This document shows positions 12,542 to 24,100 of a stretch of DNA of 64,000 nucleotides, piece by piece. This stretch comes from Antechinus flavipes (Eukaryota). The position numbers and the translations under genes are program-made. A model generated the notes under the pieces. The model was not told the origin of the DNA, made no database searches, and saw nothing but the letters and a program-made list of their open reading frames with translations. How positions within the stretch are numbered: position 1 is the stretch's first letter; the number at the start of each line of letters is the position of its first letter. The DNA lies in NCBI RefSeq assembly GCF_016432865.1, contig NC_067402.1, positions 223,510,001 to 223,574,000 on the forward strand, written 5' to 3'.

Positions 12542-12547
12542 TTTATT
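12542..12547 (-). terminator. TARBP2: TARBP2 poly(A) signal
   Basis: tttatt on + strand = AATAAA on - strand, about 260 nt past the TARBP2 stop. Confidence 0.75.
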
Positions 12548-12808
12548 GAGAGGAGGGAAGAGGAGGAGCCTCTCCCCAATCACTCAGTTTCCTAAGCAAC
12601 ATGATCAGGAACCCGGGGAAAGGCGCGGGCCTTTGGAGCCCCCATCCCCAGGCTTCAAGGCAGACAGAGTCTGTGTCAGAGGTAGAAGAGGTACCTCTCC
12701 TAGGCACCAGAGCTGGAAGCCCAACTCCTGAATCACAGAGGGCTGAGCCGGCAGTGGGTGCGGGGGGCAGACAGAGCCGACGATGGCCGGGAGTCGGGCC
12801 CTGAGGAC

Positions 12809-12966
12809 TCACTTGCCCCCAGCCATGATCTTGAGGTACTGCAGAGCATGTCGAGCAGCCTCCCCCCGGGCCGCTTCCCGGGTCGGGGCTGAGCCGTGGC
12901 ACACCGTGGCTGGCTGTGTAGACAGTTCCACCAGGCACTGGCAGAGCCCACTTAAACTCAGCTCAT
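12809..12966 (-). CDS. TARBP2: TARBP2 last coding exon (third dsRBD-like/Medipal domain)
   Basis: ctcag|AT acceptor; (D)ELSLSGLCQCLVELSTQPATVCHGSAPTREAARGEAARHALQYLKIMAGGK*; 158 nt. Confidence 0.93.
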
Positions 12967-13074
12967 CTGAGGAAGGAGACAGAGAAGAGAGGCAGGGGGG
13001 CAGCTGCAACCTCCCGTCTCCTCCCGGGCCCCTCTGGGCCTGGCTCGCCCCGCAAGCCGCCCTCCCCATCATAC

Positions 13075-13266
13075 CAATGTCCAGGTAGCTGACATGGAAG
13101 GCCTGCTCCTCAGAAAGCTCACTGAGGACGTTGCAACAGCCGGGGCCCAGGGAGCCCAGGGGCAGCTCCGCAGGGACAGGATCTTCTCTCCGGCTGAGTT
13201 GCGGAGAGAGTCCCAGGTACAGCCTGGGCTGCGGCCCCGAAGGCCGTCCACGCGGGAGCCGAGGCC
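13075..13266 (-). CDS. TARBP2: TARBP2 penultimate coding exon, with an apparent 1-nt deletion
   Basis: ccag|GGC acceptor, G|gtatga donor; GLGSRVDGLRGRSPGCTWDSLRNSAGEKILSLRSCP, after which homology continues in a different frame (LGSLGPGCCNVLSELSEEQAFHVSYLDI); 192 nt where 193 are needed. Confidence 0.9.
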
Positions 13267-13713
13267 CTGGTGGGAGAGGGCAGAGGATCACCGCAGAGGC
13301 CTGGCCCACACTCACCACCCCCCCTCACTCTTAGCCCCCGGATCCCCAACTGCGAGGGCCTCCGAGCGGACCCTCACCAGCCGGAGGCAGAAATGCTCAG
13401 GCTCCTTTTAACCCAAAGAACATCCCACTGTTATAAGGCCTAGAGCCCCAGGACACGGGTTTGAGGGTAGGCTGCAGCCCTTATAAGCAAGCCTTAGAAT
13501 GGGGGCAGCTCCATCTGCACTACCCAGTGTGAGGAGAGGGCACTGAAAGGAGGAGGGTGGCCCACGGACACAAGTCAAGAATCAAAAGGGCAACGGGGTG
13601 CTTGCCAAAAAGGTCAGGAGAGGCCAATCTCCTCACAGGGAAACCAAGGGGAAAAGGCTGAAGGTGAGAGAGAGGCACAGAGAGGGCCGGGGCTGCAGGA
13701 GGCAGACACTCAC

Positions 13714-13841
13714 GATGGAGAAGTGGTCATCGTCCGGCTCGGCCTCAGGCCCGTCCCTGGGGTCCAGGGGCACAGTGTGCACCCTCAGGAGCATCTTGGC
13801 AGCCGCATTACGCTTGGCCAGTTTCTTGGAGGTGCCGCTGC
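13714..13841 (-). CDS. TARBP2: TARBP2 coding exon, end of dsRBD2
   Basis: (G)SGTSKKLAKRNAAAKMLLRVHTVPLDPRDGPEAEPDDDHFSI; cag/gtgagt sites; 128 nt. Confidence 0.96.
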
Positions 13842-14308
13842 CTGGGGCACAGAGAAAAGACTGGCGTCCTGGACCTCTGTCCCCGGTCCTCCCAACACGG
13901 CCCACCCATGGGGTGCTGAGCGATAGTGGGGATACCAGGACACCTCACACTGGGACCCCCTTTCCTCCAAGATGGGCTGGAATATTGCTAGGAGTTGAAA
14001 ATGAAGGGGCTGGAGCAGGGAGGGGAGGGGAGGGAAGGGCTAGCATCAAACCCATTGGCTCTCTAACCTCAGGGCCCGGAGGCCCAGAAACCAAGAAAAT
14101 GGGAAGGAGATCTGGGAAAGAAACATGGGCGCTGAAGAAGCTGGGAGAAAACTGCTGGGACAGGTGAAAAAAGGAACGAACGGAACAATATCTGAGTTGG
14201 GGCTCGGGGGAAGCCCCAAGAGGAAGGAGGGTGGCGATGGGTAAGAGGGCAGAGAAGTCAGAGATGGGGTCCTGAGAAGCATGAGGCTGTCCCAGCCCCC
14301 CGAATCAC

Positions 14309-14426
14309 CGATCTCGATGAAACGCTCCACCCGGCAGGTCATGGTGAACTCCTTTCGATGCGCTGGGCCCGACTCCTGGGTCACGGTGTACTCGGGCAGC
14401 CTCCAGCCTTTCTGCACCACCAGCTC
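14309..14426 (-). CDS. TARBP2: TARBP2 coding exon, dsRBD2
   Basis: [39 protein letters not shown]; 118 nt. Confidence 0.97.
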
Positions 14427-14692
14427 CTGGTGTGGGTAGGGAGAGATGAAAGGGATACAGTGGGATGATACGGCTGCCCTGCCCCTCTCACGGGTACTGA
14501 TGTGCCCTATGTCACCCTCCCCAAAAGCTTGGGGTTCTGGGCAGGAAGGGAACCCCCCCCAGACTCCCCCCCAATCAGAGCCTAACAGCCATGAAGCACC
14601 AAAGTAAGGGAAATGACCACCCCAATCCCAGTATCACCAGAAAGGAACTAGATGAGACCCAGAGGAGAACAAAGGAAAGGAAAAGAATCTAC

Positions 14693-14765
14693 CTGTAAAG
14701 CCCCCACAGGGTTACACTCAGACTGCTGAGGAGAAACTGGGGCCTTGACCTCCACTGGGGGGCTC
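14693..14765 (-). CDS. TARBP2: TARBP2 coding exon, linker and start of dsRBD2
   Basis: cttag|G acceptor; (R)SPPVEVKAPVSPQQSECNPVGALQ; CAG|gtagat donor; 73 nt. Confidence 0.93.
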
Positions 14766-15952
14766 CTAAGAGAGATGCAAGTGGAGCTCAAGTCCGAGTA
14801 AAGGCCCCCTGGAATCTCAGGGACGGAGTGGTCCTCCAGAGCCAGACCAACCCAAGGGGCCCTGAGCAAGAAGTGCTCCTCAGCCCCAGCCCCAAGGCAG
14901 CCTGTTCCTCTTCCGAAGGTTTTCCCTTCCAAACCAGAAATCTGTCTCTGCCATTTCCACCCGGGGGGCAGGCACCTCTGGACCAAGTGCAGCAGTGATA
15001 ACCTCCATTTTCCAGGTTAAATATCCTGGGGTCTTTCAGCTACGTCATCTGCCAGTCTCTAGTCCCTACTCCAAGACTCAATATCATCTGGCCTCTTTCC
15101 TCACATCTCCTCTATAAATTCCCTCTGCCAACCCTGATGGGCAAGAAGCCCCCAAAATATCAGCCTTGGTCCCTGCCACAGAAAACAGACTGAGAAAAAG
15201 GGCCTCCTGTCCCCACCAGGAGTGAAGACTCCTCCATCTTGTGTCTGGGAAAATGGCTATGTTTAAGATCTGTGGACTTTCCTTTTGAGAACATGCAACG
15301 TATTCTGAGCCAAAAAGAGGGAGTTCTATGTATTAAGATTCACAGGCACCATCTGTCCTGGGTCAGGCATGGGTCTCTCACCCCAAAGGGGCAGGTCCAG
15401 AAATAACTCATCTCTAGGGGACATGAGGGAACTTCCACTTGCTGCTATCAATTCCACCACTCCTGTCCCCCGGTCTCCTGCCAACACCATCTGCACATCG
15501 CTATTGGAAAAGGATCAACAGAATGGCTTCTGGGTTTTAGCCTGGAAAAAGGACTGCCCCAAGAGAGGGGGAGGAACCCTACGCCCTACCTTTCCTGCTT
15601 TCACCCAGAGCCAGGCCTGCTGCAGTGGCAAGGCACAACAGGGACCTCCACAGGGATTCTAAGGAAAGAGAACTTCTCCAGAGGTGGGGGGCATTTAGCC
15701 ACATCCTGCATTGTCTTCTCACCTCTTAGGAGGAACCCCAAATTTCTTTCCAGCCCACAAGAACACAAAGCCAATGGCCACTCAATGGAAGAGGAAAGCT
15801 TTTCTATCCAAAGTGCCAAAAGGAGGTAGTTAAAATTTTGGAGGTATTTAGGATTTTGCATTTTTAAGAGGCATTTAGACTGACAGAAGAGGGAACTTCT
15901 TCCCTCTGGAACCTCCTCAAACAATTACCCCGTCTAAGGGCCTAGAGTCACG

Positions 15953-16157
15953 AGCACTCATCTACCTGAATTCAGATCCTGTTTTACACACTAACTAGTT
16001 GTGTGACCTTGGGTTCCACCACCCTGTGTGCCTCAGTTTTCCCATCTGTAAAATGAGCAAGAGAAGGGAATGGCAAACCACTGCAGTACCTTTGCCAAGA
16101 AAACCCCAAATGGAGTCACGAAGAGTCGGACAGGACTGAAAAATGATTAAAACAACA
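15953..16157 (+). mobile_element. Mar1-type marsupial CORE-SINE
   Basis: MIR core (tgtgtgaccttggg...cctcagttttcccatctgtaaaatg) joined to RTE/Bov-B-like tail (aatggcaaaccactgcagtacctttgccaagaaaaccccaaatggagtcacgaagagtcggacaggactgaa). Confidence 0.85.
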
Positions 16158-16480
16158 CAGACCCCTTCCTAGGGGCACGGCTCAGCCAATATGAATGACC
16201 ATCATTCTAAAACTCCTTCACTGTCTAAATAGGAAAAAAAGGGATTACCTTGGAGGTTATCCCCCACTAGACTAAGACCTCAAGTTTCCAAAGCTAAATT
16301 GGGGTCTGAACACAAGAGGAGTGATCCTTGGAGGAGCTGCTAAACAGCTAGTCATGCCACCGGAACAGGGTGAGCTTCATTTGTTAGCAAATGGTGGGAA
16401 AGCTCCAAGAGCATGTTATTAGCTCAAGGAGTCACCAGCACTCCAATGGGTGGGGCTCAAACTGCTTGGCCACCACTCAC

Positions 16481-16583
16481 CTTCCATCCTCCAGAAATGG
16501 ATCCAACATGTTTCCTCCCTTCAAGTGTTTGAGGGCCACCTCGGCTGCTTTGTGCTTGGCAGCTTTCTTGCTGGGGCCCTGAC
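16481..16583 (-). CDS. TARBP2: TARBP2 coding exon, end of dsRBD1
   Basis: (G)QGPSKKAAKHKAAEVALKHLKGGNMLDPFLEDG; 103 nt; cag/gtgagt. Confidence 0.96.
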
Positions 16584-17146
16584 CTGAAAGAGGGGGTGCA
16601 GGTTACACAAGGGCTGAAGGAACCTGTACCCTCATCCCCAATCCCACCCACCATGCAGGACTACAATCAAACCATCCCACATGACACTGCCTTATAAGTG
16701 TCTCTTAGGCTACTCTAGTATCTCACAATCTACTCTCAATCCTTCATATCAATCTTGAAAAACATTTTTTGATGCTTTTAAAAACCCAATCACTTTCCAG
16801 AGCCCTTCCACTTAAAGAACACTTTCTCCTTCCAAAGGAAGTGTACTTGGGGGACTGCAGACCACTTCCAAGGGGAAGGAGGTCTCTGTTGGTGAATAAC
16901 TCTTTCTCCTCCCTATATCTAACTCCCACTTGCTCCCCTCTGATCCTCAAGAGAAACAAAGCTCGGCTGATCCTCAGAATCCCCTGCCCAACCCCCTCTC
17001 TTGCAACCAAAGAGTTCTAGTTCCCTGCCCCTTTCTAGAATGTACCCCCAGCCTTGGAGGAAAGTAAAAGCCCATCCCCCCAAGGTGAAGACCTGGGAGG
17101 TCCTGAGAACACGCACCCCTGGCCAGGGCACCCGACGCCCCCTCAC

Positions 17147-17316
17147 CAGTGCAGCTGGTGTCACCGACGGTGACTCGGAAGGTGAAATTGGGCTGGTGGG
17201 CTTGGCCCTCGGCTTTGAGGAGGTCGTACACAGGAGTCTTCCCTATTCTGGTCCCATACTCCTGCAGAAGGCTGATTGGGGTCTTGCCAGGACTGGCCGC
17301 CAGCATTTGCTCTATA
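17147..17316 (-). CDS. TARBP2: TARBP2 coding exon, dsRBD1
   Basis: (S)IEQMLAASPGKTPISLLQEYGTRIGKTPVYDLLKAEGQAHQPNFTFRVTVGDTSCT; 170 nt. Confidence 0.97.
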
Positions 17317-17926
17317 CTAGGGGGAGGCACACACACCTGCATCACGGTTCCTCTCGGCCCCCTGCTGATGGGCACTGCCAGCTGAGACCCAGGGGGACAA
17401 GGGGTGCAGCTAAGGGGGGCCAGTGATATTGGGCTGGTCAGTCCCTGCCTTGGTCCAGAGGCTGGGAGGGGCATGGTGGCCTCAACCTCTGGGAGGGAAG
17501 AATGAAAAGGGGGGGGCCTTATGACCAATGCATCGGAGTTCAGCATCCTCGGTGTCCTCTGATCATGTGCATGTTGGGAAACTCAGTGACCACAACCCTG
17601 GGGCATGCAGGGAACAAAGGGGGCCACTGTCTCGGTGCATTCTGGGAATCAAGCAAACATTGAAAGCTGGGTATCTTCTACCCAAGTGCATGATGGGGCG
17701 GTTATAGCCCCCACCGTGGTGCATGGTGGGAACAAAGCATCCAGTGCCGCGGTGGCTGCTGGGAATACCCCCATCCCGTTCCGAATCTGGGCTAACCACC
17801 CCTCCTCACCCCCAACCCCCAGTCCTAGCCTTCCAAAACCCGGTGCATGCTGGGTCTCCGCGCTCCGCCTCCCTCCCGCATTGCGGCCTCCACCCTGCAG
17901 GGGTCAGTGTGAGTCGACCAACTCAC

Positions 17927-17979
17927 CTGGGGAGTCCGTAGCCTGTGATGATCCCGGAACCCTGCTCCTCCTCACTCAT
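17927..17979 (-). CDS. TARBP2: TARBP2 first coding exon
   Basis: ATG at 17979; MSEEEQGSGIITGYGLP; AG|gtgagt donor; 53 nt. Confidence 0.92.
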
Positions 17980-20099
17980 TCCCTCCTCCGTTCCTGCGGG
18001 CGCCACCGTGACTGCAGGCTCCACGCGCCCCGAGCCGCCGCCGCCGCCACCAACGAGCATGGGCTGGGGCCGGGGCCGGAGCCGGGGCCGGGGGAAGAAG
18101 GTGGGGGACGTCGCGGGGCATGTCGGAACACGTAGTCCTTAATCTTCCCCCTTCCATTGGCCTCCAAGTGAAACGAGGCTACCCGCCCCACAATCCTCCG
18201 GGGGAGTTATCCCACCCGGGTCGCAGTGGCTTCTGGGAAGTTTTTTCCCTCTTTCCCCAAATCCGCTCAGCATATCGCCCTCCTCCGTGGGCGAGAATGA
18301 TTCGTTGAGCATGCGTGATAAAAGATGACGGGCGGAGCGGAACCTGAAGAACTACAAAATCCAGAAGACATCTCTCCACTGAGCGTTTTCCACTTGAAGG
18401 GGTGGTGCCCCGGCACGCGCCACGGGTGCCGCCACGTCGATTGGCTCCTCCTGCCAACTCCCTCCGAGCCAGCTGCCTGCGATTGGCCCGCTCGCGGCCG
18501 AAGGGAAAAGGGAGAGGATCAGGGACTTGGGGAGTGGGGTTGGGGCACAGCGGAACATTGGGCGCTGTGGACTCTTTCCCCGGAGACCTGTGATTGGCTG
18601 AGGGCCCGGTCCCTCGTGGGGAGCCGGCAGAAGCCAGCAAAAGCCGGCAGTACCCTGCAGTGTGTCAGGGAGTCGAGGCCTCCCGCTGGAAACGTGAGGG
18701 GAGCGGGGGGGGGGCAGTGAACGCTCCTGGGAATTCCCTCCGCCCCCTCAGTTTACAGAGTCTGCACCCCACTTTTGCTTCGTTGTCCTGGTCCCCAACC
18801 CTTATTTTCCCTGCCCCAGGTCCTTCACTTGGCCCTGCCTGGAAAAACTCCCGAGCCCCAGGCGCTTCCGAGATCTTTGCACGATGTCGCTCTGTCTCTC
18901 CCATGGACCACCAAATTCCTCGTGTTTCCTTTGTCCCCAGAAGTCTGAAACAGAGCTGTCAACAGAGCGAGAGAGATGTTCTGTTCTTTCTCCAGTTCCC
19001 CTTCATCCATCTTGAGGAGCCAGTATACTGGGGGTGCAGGATTGCAATGGCAGCAGAATGGGAATGGGCAAGAACACTAATTAGAGAAAGGTGGAAGGAA
19101 ATTCACCCGAATTCTTGGTGAAGTTGGGGTAGAGATATTGGGGAGGAGTGTGGACTGGGACAAATCTTCTCCCCAACTAATTCCAACCGCCCTTCAGTAT
19201 AGGAGTTGGACATCTTAGGGTCCCAAGCTATTACGGGTCCAACACAACTCTACAGGTCATTGCCAATTGGCCCAGGCCGCATTTGGCCCATTTCCTCCAA
19301 AAGCTTCCTTTGTTGAGCTCTAGGATGACGGTGATCTTGGTGAAAAAAGATCACTAAAAGAAGGGACTATAGGGAAGAAAGAGGGAACAATAGCTTTTAT
19401 TTTAATCTGTATATCGGGCAAACAGAAGTTGCAAAGGATGTTACCCGAGGTATCCTGAGAGGGATGAAGCAAGACTGCAGTTTGGAGAAAGGAGAGAGAA
19501 CGTGGGAAGCCTTGGAGGGGACACGGCCTGGAATCGAGGAGTGGGGTGCAGTTAAATAAGCTCGGAGAGTTATAGGGCAAGGAGGTGCTAGTGAAGCAGA
19601 GAACCCTGTACTAGGGCACTGTATATCTAGGGCACTAATTTTTAATCTTGGAAGGGAGGAGGTTGAACAAGGGAGATCCCAAGGCCTGGGGAAGCAACTT
19701 AAGGGTCGCGGTTGGGGGCGGGGGTGGGGGGGAGGGGGGCGCTGAGATCTGCGCGCTCTGGGGAAAACCATAGCGGGAGCCAATACCAGAGTTGCTGGGG
19801 GAGTTGGGGGAGGGGGCGGGGAGGGGTCTCAGCTCCAGGAGCTGGGGGATGAGCTAAAAGCTGGGCCGGGGAGGGAGCAGCGGGCTCCTTTAAGAAGCCG
19901 GCGGCTCCCGGCGCATCTCCCCCGCTCAGGGCGTGTCCGTCCCGGAGGGCCAGGGGCGGGGGCCTAGGAAGGAGCCCAGCTCGAGCCGAGTCGGGCTGGA
20001 GCCAGGCCGGCAAGGGGGTGGGGGTCAGGGGAAGGAGCCGCGAGCGCTGACAGCCGCGGCCCTGGACGCGCGGGCAGGAGCATCGCCCGTGACACCGCC

Positions 20100-20242
20100 C
20101 CGGGTCCGGTCAGGGGCAGCGGGCGGGGGCGGAGGGAGGAGGAGGAGGAGGGAGGGGTGGAGGCGAGGAGCCGAGAGCAGCATCCGGAGCAGAGCCGCAG
20201 CAGCGCCGCCTTTTGTGCTGAGGCCGCCGCCAAGCCCCCCAG
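20100..20242 (+). other. MAP3K12: MAP3K12 non-coding first exon (start approximate)
   Basis: gcagcatccggagcagagccgcagcagcgccgccttttgtgctg resembles the human MAP3K12 5'UTR as recalled; CAG|gtgaga donor at 20243. Confidence 0.75.
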
Positions 20243-21189
20243 GTGAGAGCTGATCGGGAGGGGGGTGGGGGTAGCGAGGGGAGAACGGAGGGGGGATGGA
20301 GGCGGGAATGGGGGGTCCCGGGGTCTGACGGGGGATGGGGACTGGAGGGGCGGGGCGCGGCGGGATGGGGCTGCGGGTGAGGGGGGCGGGCTCTGGGAGC
20401 TTCTGGGGATGATGAGGATGGGAGAATGGAAGACCCAGGGTCATGGGGATAGGGATGGGGATAGAGATGGGAGAGCTGGAAATCGGAAGGAGGATGCTTG
20501 GGAAGGCACCGGAGGCTGATGGAGAAGATACGGGCGGCGGGTGGGGGTGGGAAGCTAGGACGGAATGGGGGTGAGGGGGAAGACCGGCACAAGGATCGTC
20601 CTCGGGACCTAATCTCACTTAGACAGGACCAAGTGCTGATGGAGGAAGAGGAAGGGATGCATCTCCTCCCACCCCCCACCCCCCACCCCCCAACGCAGAG
20701 AGAGGGGAAGGGCAGGGCAAGGCCTGGTGCACCTGGAGACTGCAGGACCAAAGGCACCTGCCCCTGGATGCCTAGACCTTGGGCCCCTTGACATCCCACT
20801 GCTATGCTGCCCCCATCCCACTTCTAGCAGAATAGCTCTCCTCCGTCCAGCTGTTGCATCCCCTCCCCTCAATGTGACATTCATTCTCTTGCTTTCTCTT
20901 TCTCCTGGCTTTGGCCTAGGGTTCAAAGAAGACAGGAGTATAGAGGAAAGGGGAAAGGCTCATCAATAGGAGGAAGTAGGACATTAGGGTCTGAAGGAGC
21001 TGGATTTATGAAGTGCAGGAAAGGGTTCTCACCCATTGTAGCAGAGATGCAGTTATTCCCAGGGAAAATAAGCCAATCCCTGAATAGATTGGCCATTGGA
21101 GTTCTCTCTGACCCTCCGTACCTGTTTTCCCAGTGGGAAGGAAAATCCAACTAAATTTTCTCCAGCAACCTAGTTTGCTCTCAGGCTAC

Positions 21190-24100
21190 AAATAATAGCT
21201 GGCATTTATATAGCACTTTAAGCTTTACAAAGTGTTGTACATCTTACTTGTATCTTTAGTTGCTCTTTACAACAGCCTTGGGAGGTATGTACTATAATTA
21301 TGCCCTATTTTACATGTGAGGAAACTAAGGCTGAGAGAGGCCACAGTGCTACCAGATGTCTGGGCCAGATTCAAACCAGGTTCATCCTTTTCCACTAGCT
21401 GCTGTAGTGAAGGGTTTTTCTCCCAACCACTATCAGATATAGCCACCTTCCTTGATTCCAGGTTTGAGAACTGTTAATTTTGAATTAAATTCTGTTATGG
21501 GCCTCTAAGCACATGGGGTTTTAGCCAGATTGGTCACACAGCTGGATTAATGAGAGAATGAAAATGACAAAACTAGGTTCCATTGCCAAGCGCTATCAGT
21601 CTTTCCTGTAAAGAGGTCTACCTAGAGGCACTCAGGTAACCCAGTAGATAACACATGGACCTACATTGCAGGTAATCCAAGTTGAAATCCAATCTCACAC
21701 ACTATCTGTGTGACTAAATCATTTAATCTCAGTCTGCTTCAGTTTCTTCAATTTTAAAGAGGAAAAATTTCTTAATTTATATAGCTCCTATTATATGCCA
21801 AGAACTTTATAAATATTATCTTATTTGATCTTTACAGCAATCTTGGAAGGTAGATGCTATCATTATCCCCATTATACAGTTGAAGAAACTGAGGCAAATG
21901 TTCAGTGATTTGCCCAGGATCACAAGTAGTGAGTATCTGAGGTGAAATACAGGCCTACTGTTCAGTTCCCTGTGCTATAAAGCTGCCTGTTATGTTAGGG
22001 ATAATAACACCTAATTCCCATGAAAGTGAAATCATGATTATGAAAATCAAATGAAATATTTGTAAAGTGTAAAGTATAATATCCAACCATGCTAGATGCC
22101 ACTACTACAATAGTAAATGCTGATTTCCTTTCAAGCTCCCTTCCATCTTGCATGTAGCAGAGCCATATCTGTCTCTCTCAGCCCATCCAGGGGCAGGAGT
22201 TAGGAGTTAGGAGAGGCAGACATTCACTACCACAGTTGGCCCCCTCCCATGACTTACACAATGCCTTCCCCCAATTAACACACTATGATCTGCTGAAAGA
22301 AAGCAAGGAAATTGAATAAGTGCTTAGAGATCCTTAGGGGAGCAGCTCATTTTTTAAAAAGAATTTGTCATTAATGGAAGACAGGCAGTAGATGTAACTA
22401 CTGGTGTAACAGAAAGAATAATGTACCAGTCAGGAGATCCTGGCCTGTTGCTAACTAGCCATATTTAATCTCTGTAAGCCTCAATGTCCTTATTTGTAAA
22501 GTGATGAGATTGGACTAAATAGTTTCTAACCCTCTCTCCTTAGCATTTCCCAACTGAATTATAAATCTCAGATTCCTGGTCCTTAGTAGCCTTGGCTTTC
22601 CTCAAAAACCATTCTGTTCTTTCCTTCTTTGGTCCAGGGAGACTAAGGTAGTGCAGGGGATCTATCTGACTCCTGAAAAACGAATATGGCCAACAAGATC
22701 CTTGGCTCTTCTCCACTCTATTCACAATCATCCTCTGCCGCCCCTGCAATTTAGGGTCATTCCTGGAGGCCCAGCCTCCATCTGTTTCATGAGCCCCTTT
22801 GGGAGATGAGGGGGGGAGGGGAGAGTCTCCTATAATGATTCAAGAAGAGTTAATTTAGAAGAAAGAACCATCAGATTCCTTTTGAGATTTCCATTCTTCT
22901 CTTTTTCTTTTTCCTATCCTTATTCTTTCCCACCTCCTGCATCTTCCCTCCTTTTTGCCTATTTCTATGGGGAAGCATCACTTCATCTATAGTTGTTGTG
23001 CTATATTGAGCTTTTAGGAGAACTCACAGCAAAAAATCCCAGGGAAAATAGGATTTTTCCTAGTACTGAATGAAAGAGAAATGGAGGTACAAAGCAAGAA
23101 TGGCAAGAACAGACCCCAAAACTGAGACTGGTTAGTCCTGAATTCTGTCAAAACAACTGTCCCATCACAGATTTTTCTGAATTTGGCACTAAGATCCCCA
23201 AGATATCCCATAAAAGACAGAGGGGTGAGAAAGACAGAGAAATTGGTAAAGTTTCAACTGTTCCAATGTAGGATAAGATCATCGGTTGAAATATACCGTT
23301 AGAGGATGTTAGACTTTGAGTCAGAAAGACTTGAAATGAACTTGGACTCCTGGTACTTCTATGTGGTGTGATCCAGAGAAGTCTTGTAAACTTACTACGT
23401 TACAGTCTTGTATTCTGCCTTTTTGTGCACAAGAAATCAATCTGAGCATACCAGAAGGCTTGTGGAAATGAGAACTGTGGAAGAGACTCTTCAAAGAAAA
23501 ACTGATGGGCTCCTAGATTCTAAGCTTTTTGAGGGCAGGGACAGTACCATACTCATCTCCCAAAGTACCATAGTAGTCACTCAGTGTTCATATTTTTCCA
23601 TTTACAAAATGGAAGAGTGAGTGAGAAAAGCTGGTAAGAAGGCAAAATAGGAGGAAAGGAATTGGGGATGGAAAATAAATCAGCATGCTGTATTGAAGTG
23701 GAAAGACCTGGGTGTGAGTTTGGCCACCTGTGAGTTTGGCAAGTCGTTGACCCATCTCTTAGATTGTTTTCTTCTCCATCTGATCTTCATGTTGCTTAGA
23801 GGAATACCTGTAAGGAAAGTGCTCTGTATACTCAAAAACTTCCTTCTCTCCACCCTGTACCCCATGCCTCAAGAAAACCCTGTTCCCTTCTCCCCTAGAT
23901 CCTCCCACTATACCTCAGTAGTAGAGATTTCACCCTTAATAAACCACCAGATCTTTTTTGAAGTAAAGAAAAGGGGATTCAAGTAGATGCTTCCCCTGCA
24001 GTACGTAAGCCTCCTCCTGGCCTGTCTGCTGCATTGCTCCAACATGGAAGCTAAGAAGTATCTCAGGCCCTAAGCATTGTGAATCTGGACTTGTAGGCTA

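Larger units (their letters stand above)
17850..20250. promoter_or_regulatory. CpG-rich bidirectional promoter region between TARBP2 (-) and MAP3K12 (+)
   Basis: High CpG at 17850-18700 and 19700-20250; CCAAT boxes at 18440-18444, 18482-18486, 18593-18597, 19780-19784; GC boxes; divergent first exons. Confidence 0.85.

Noticed and set aside
15380-15500. Open phase-2 frame after a ccaatag acceptor as a replacement TARBP2 linker exon
   Set aside because: The only good donor is phase 1 and there is no similarity to the human exon
20176-20210. REST/NRSE-like motif in MAP3K12 exon 1 (cagcatccggagcagagcc)
   Set aside because: Aligns to the RE1 consensus only with indels
19699-20926. Many overlapping long ORFs (up to 229 aa) around MAP3K12 exon 1
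   Set aside because: Pro/Gly/Arg-rich products expected from stop-poor GC-rich promoter DNA; no recognisable domain
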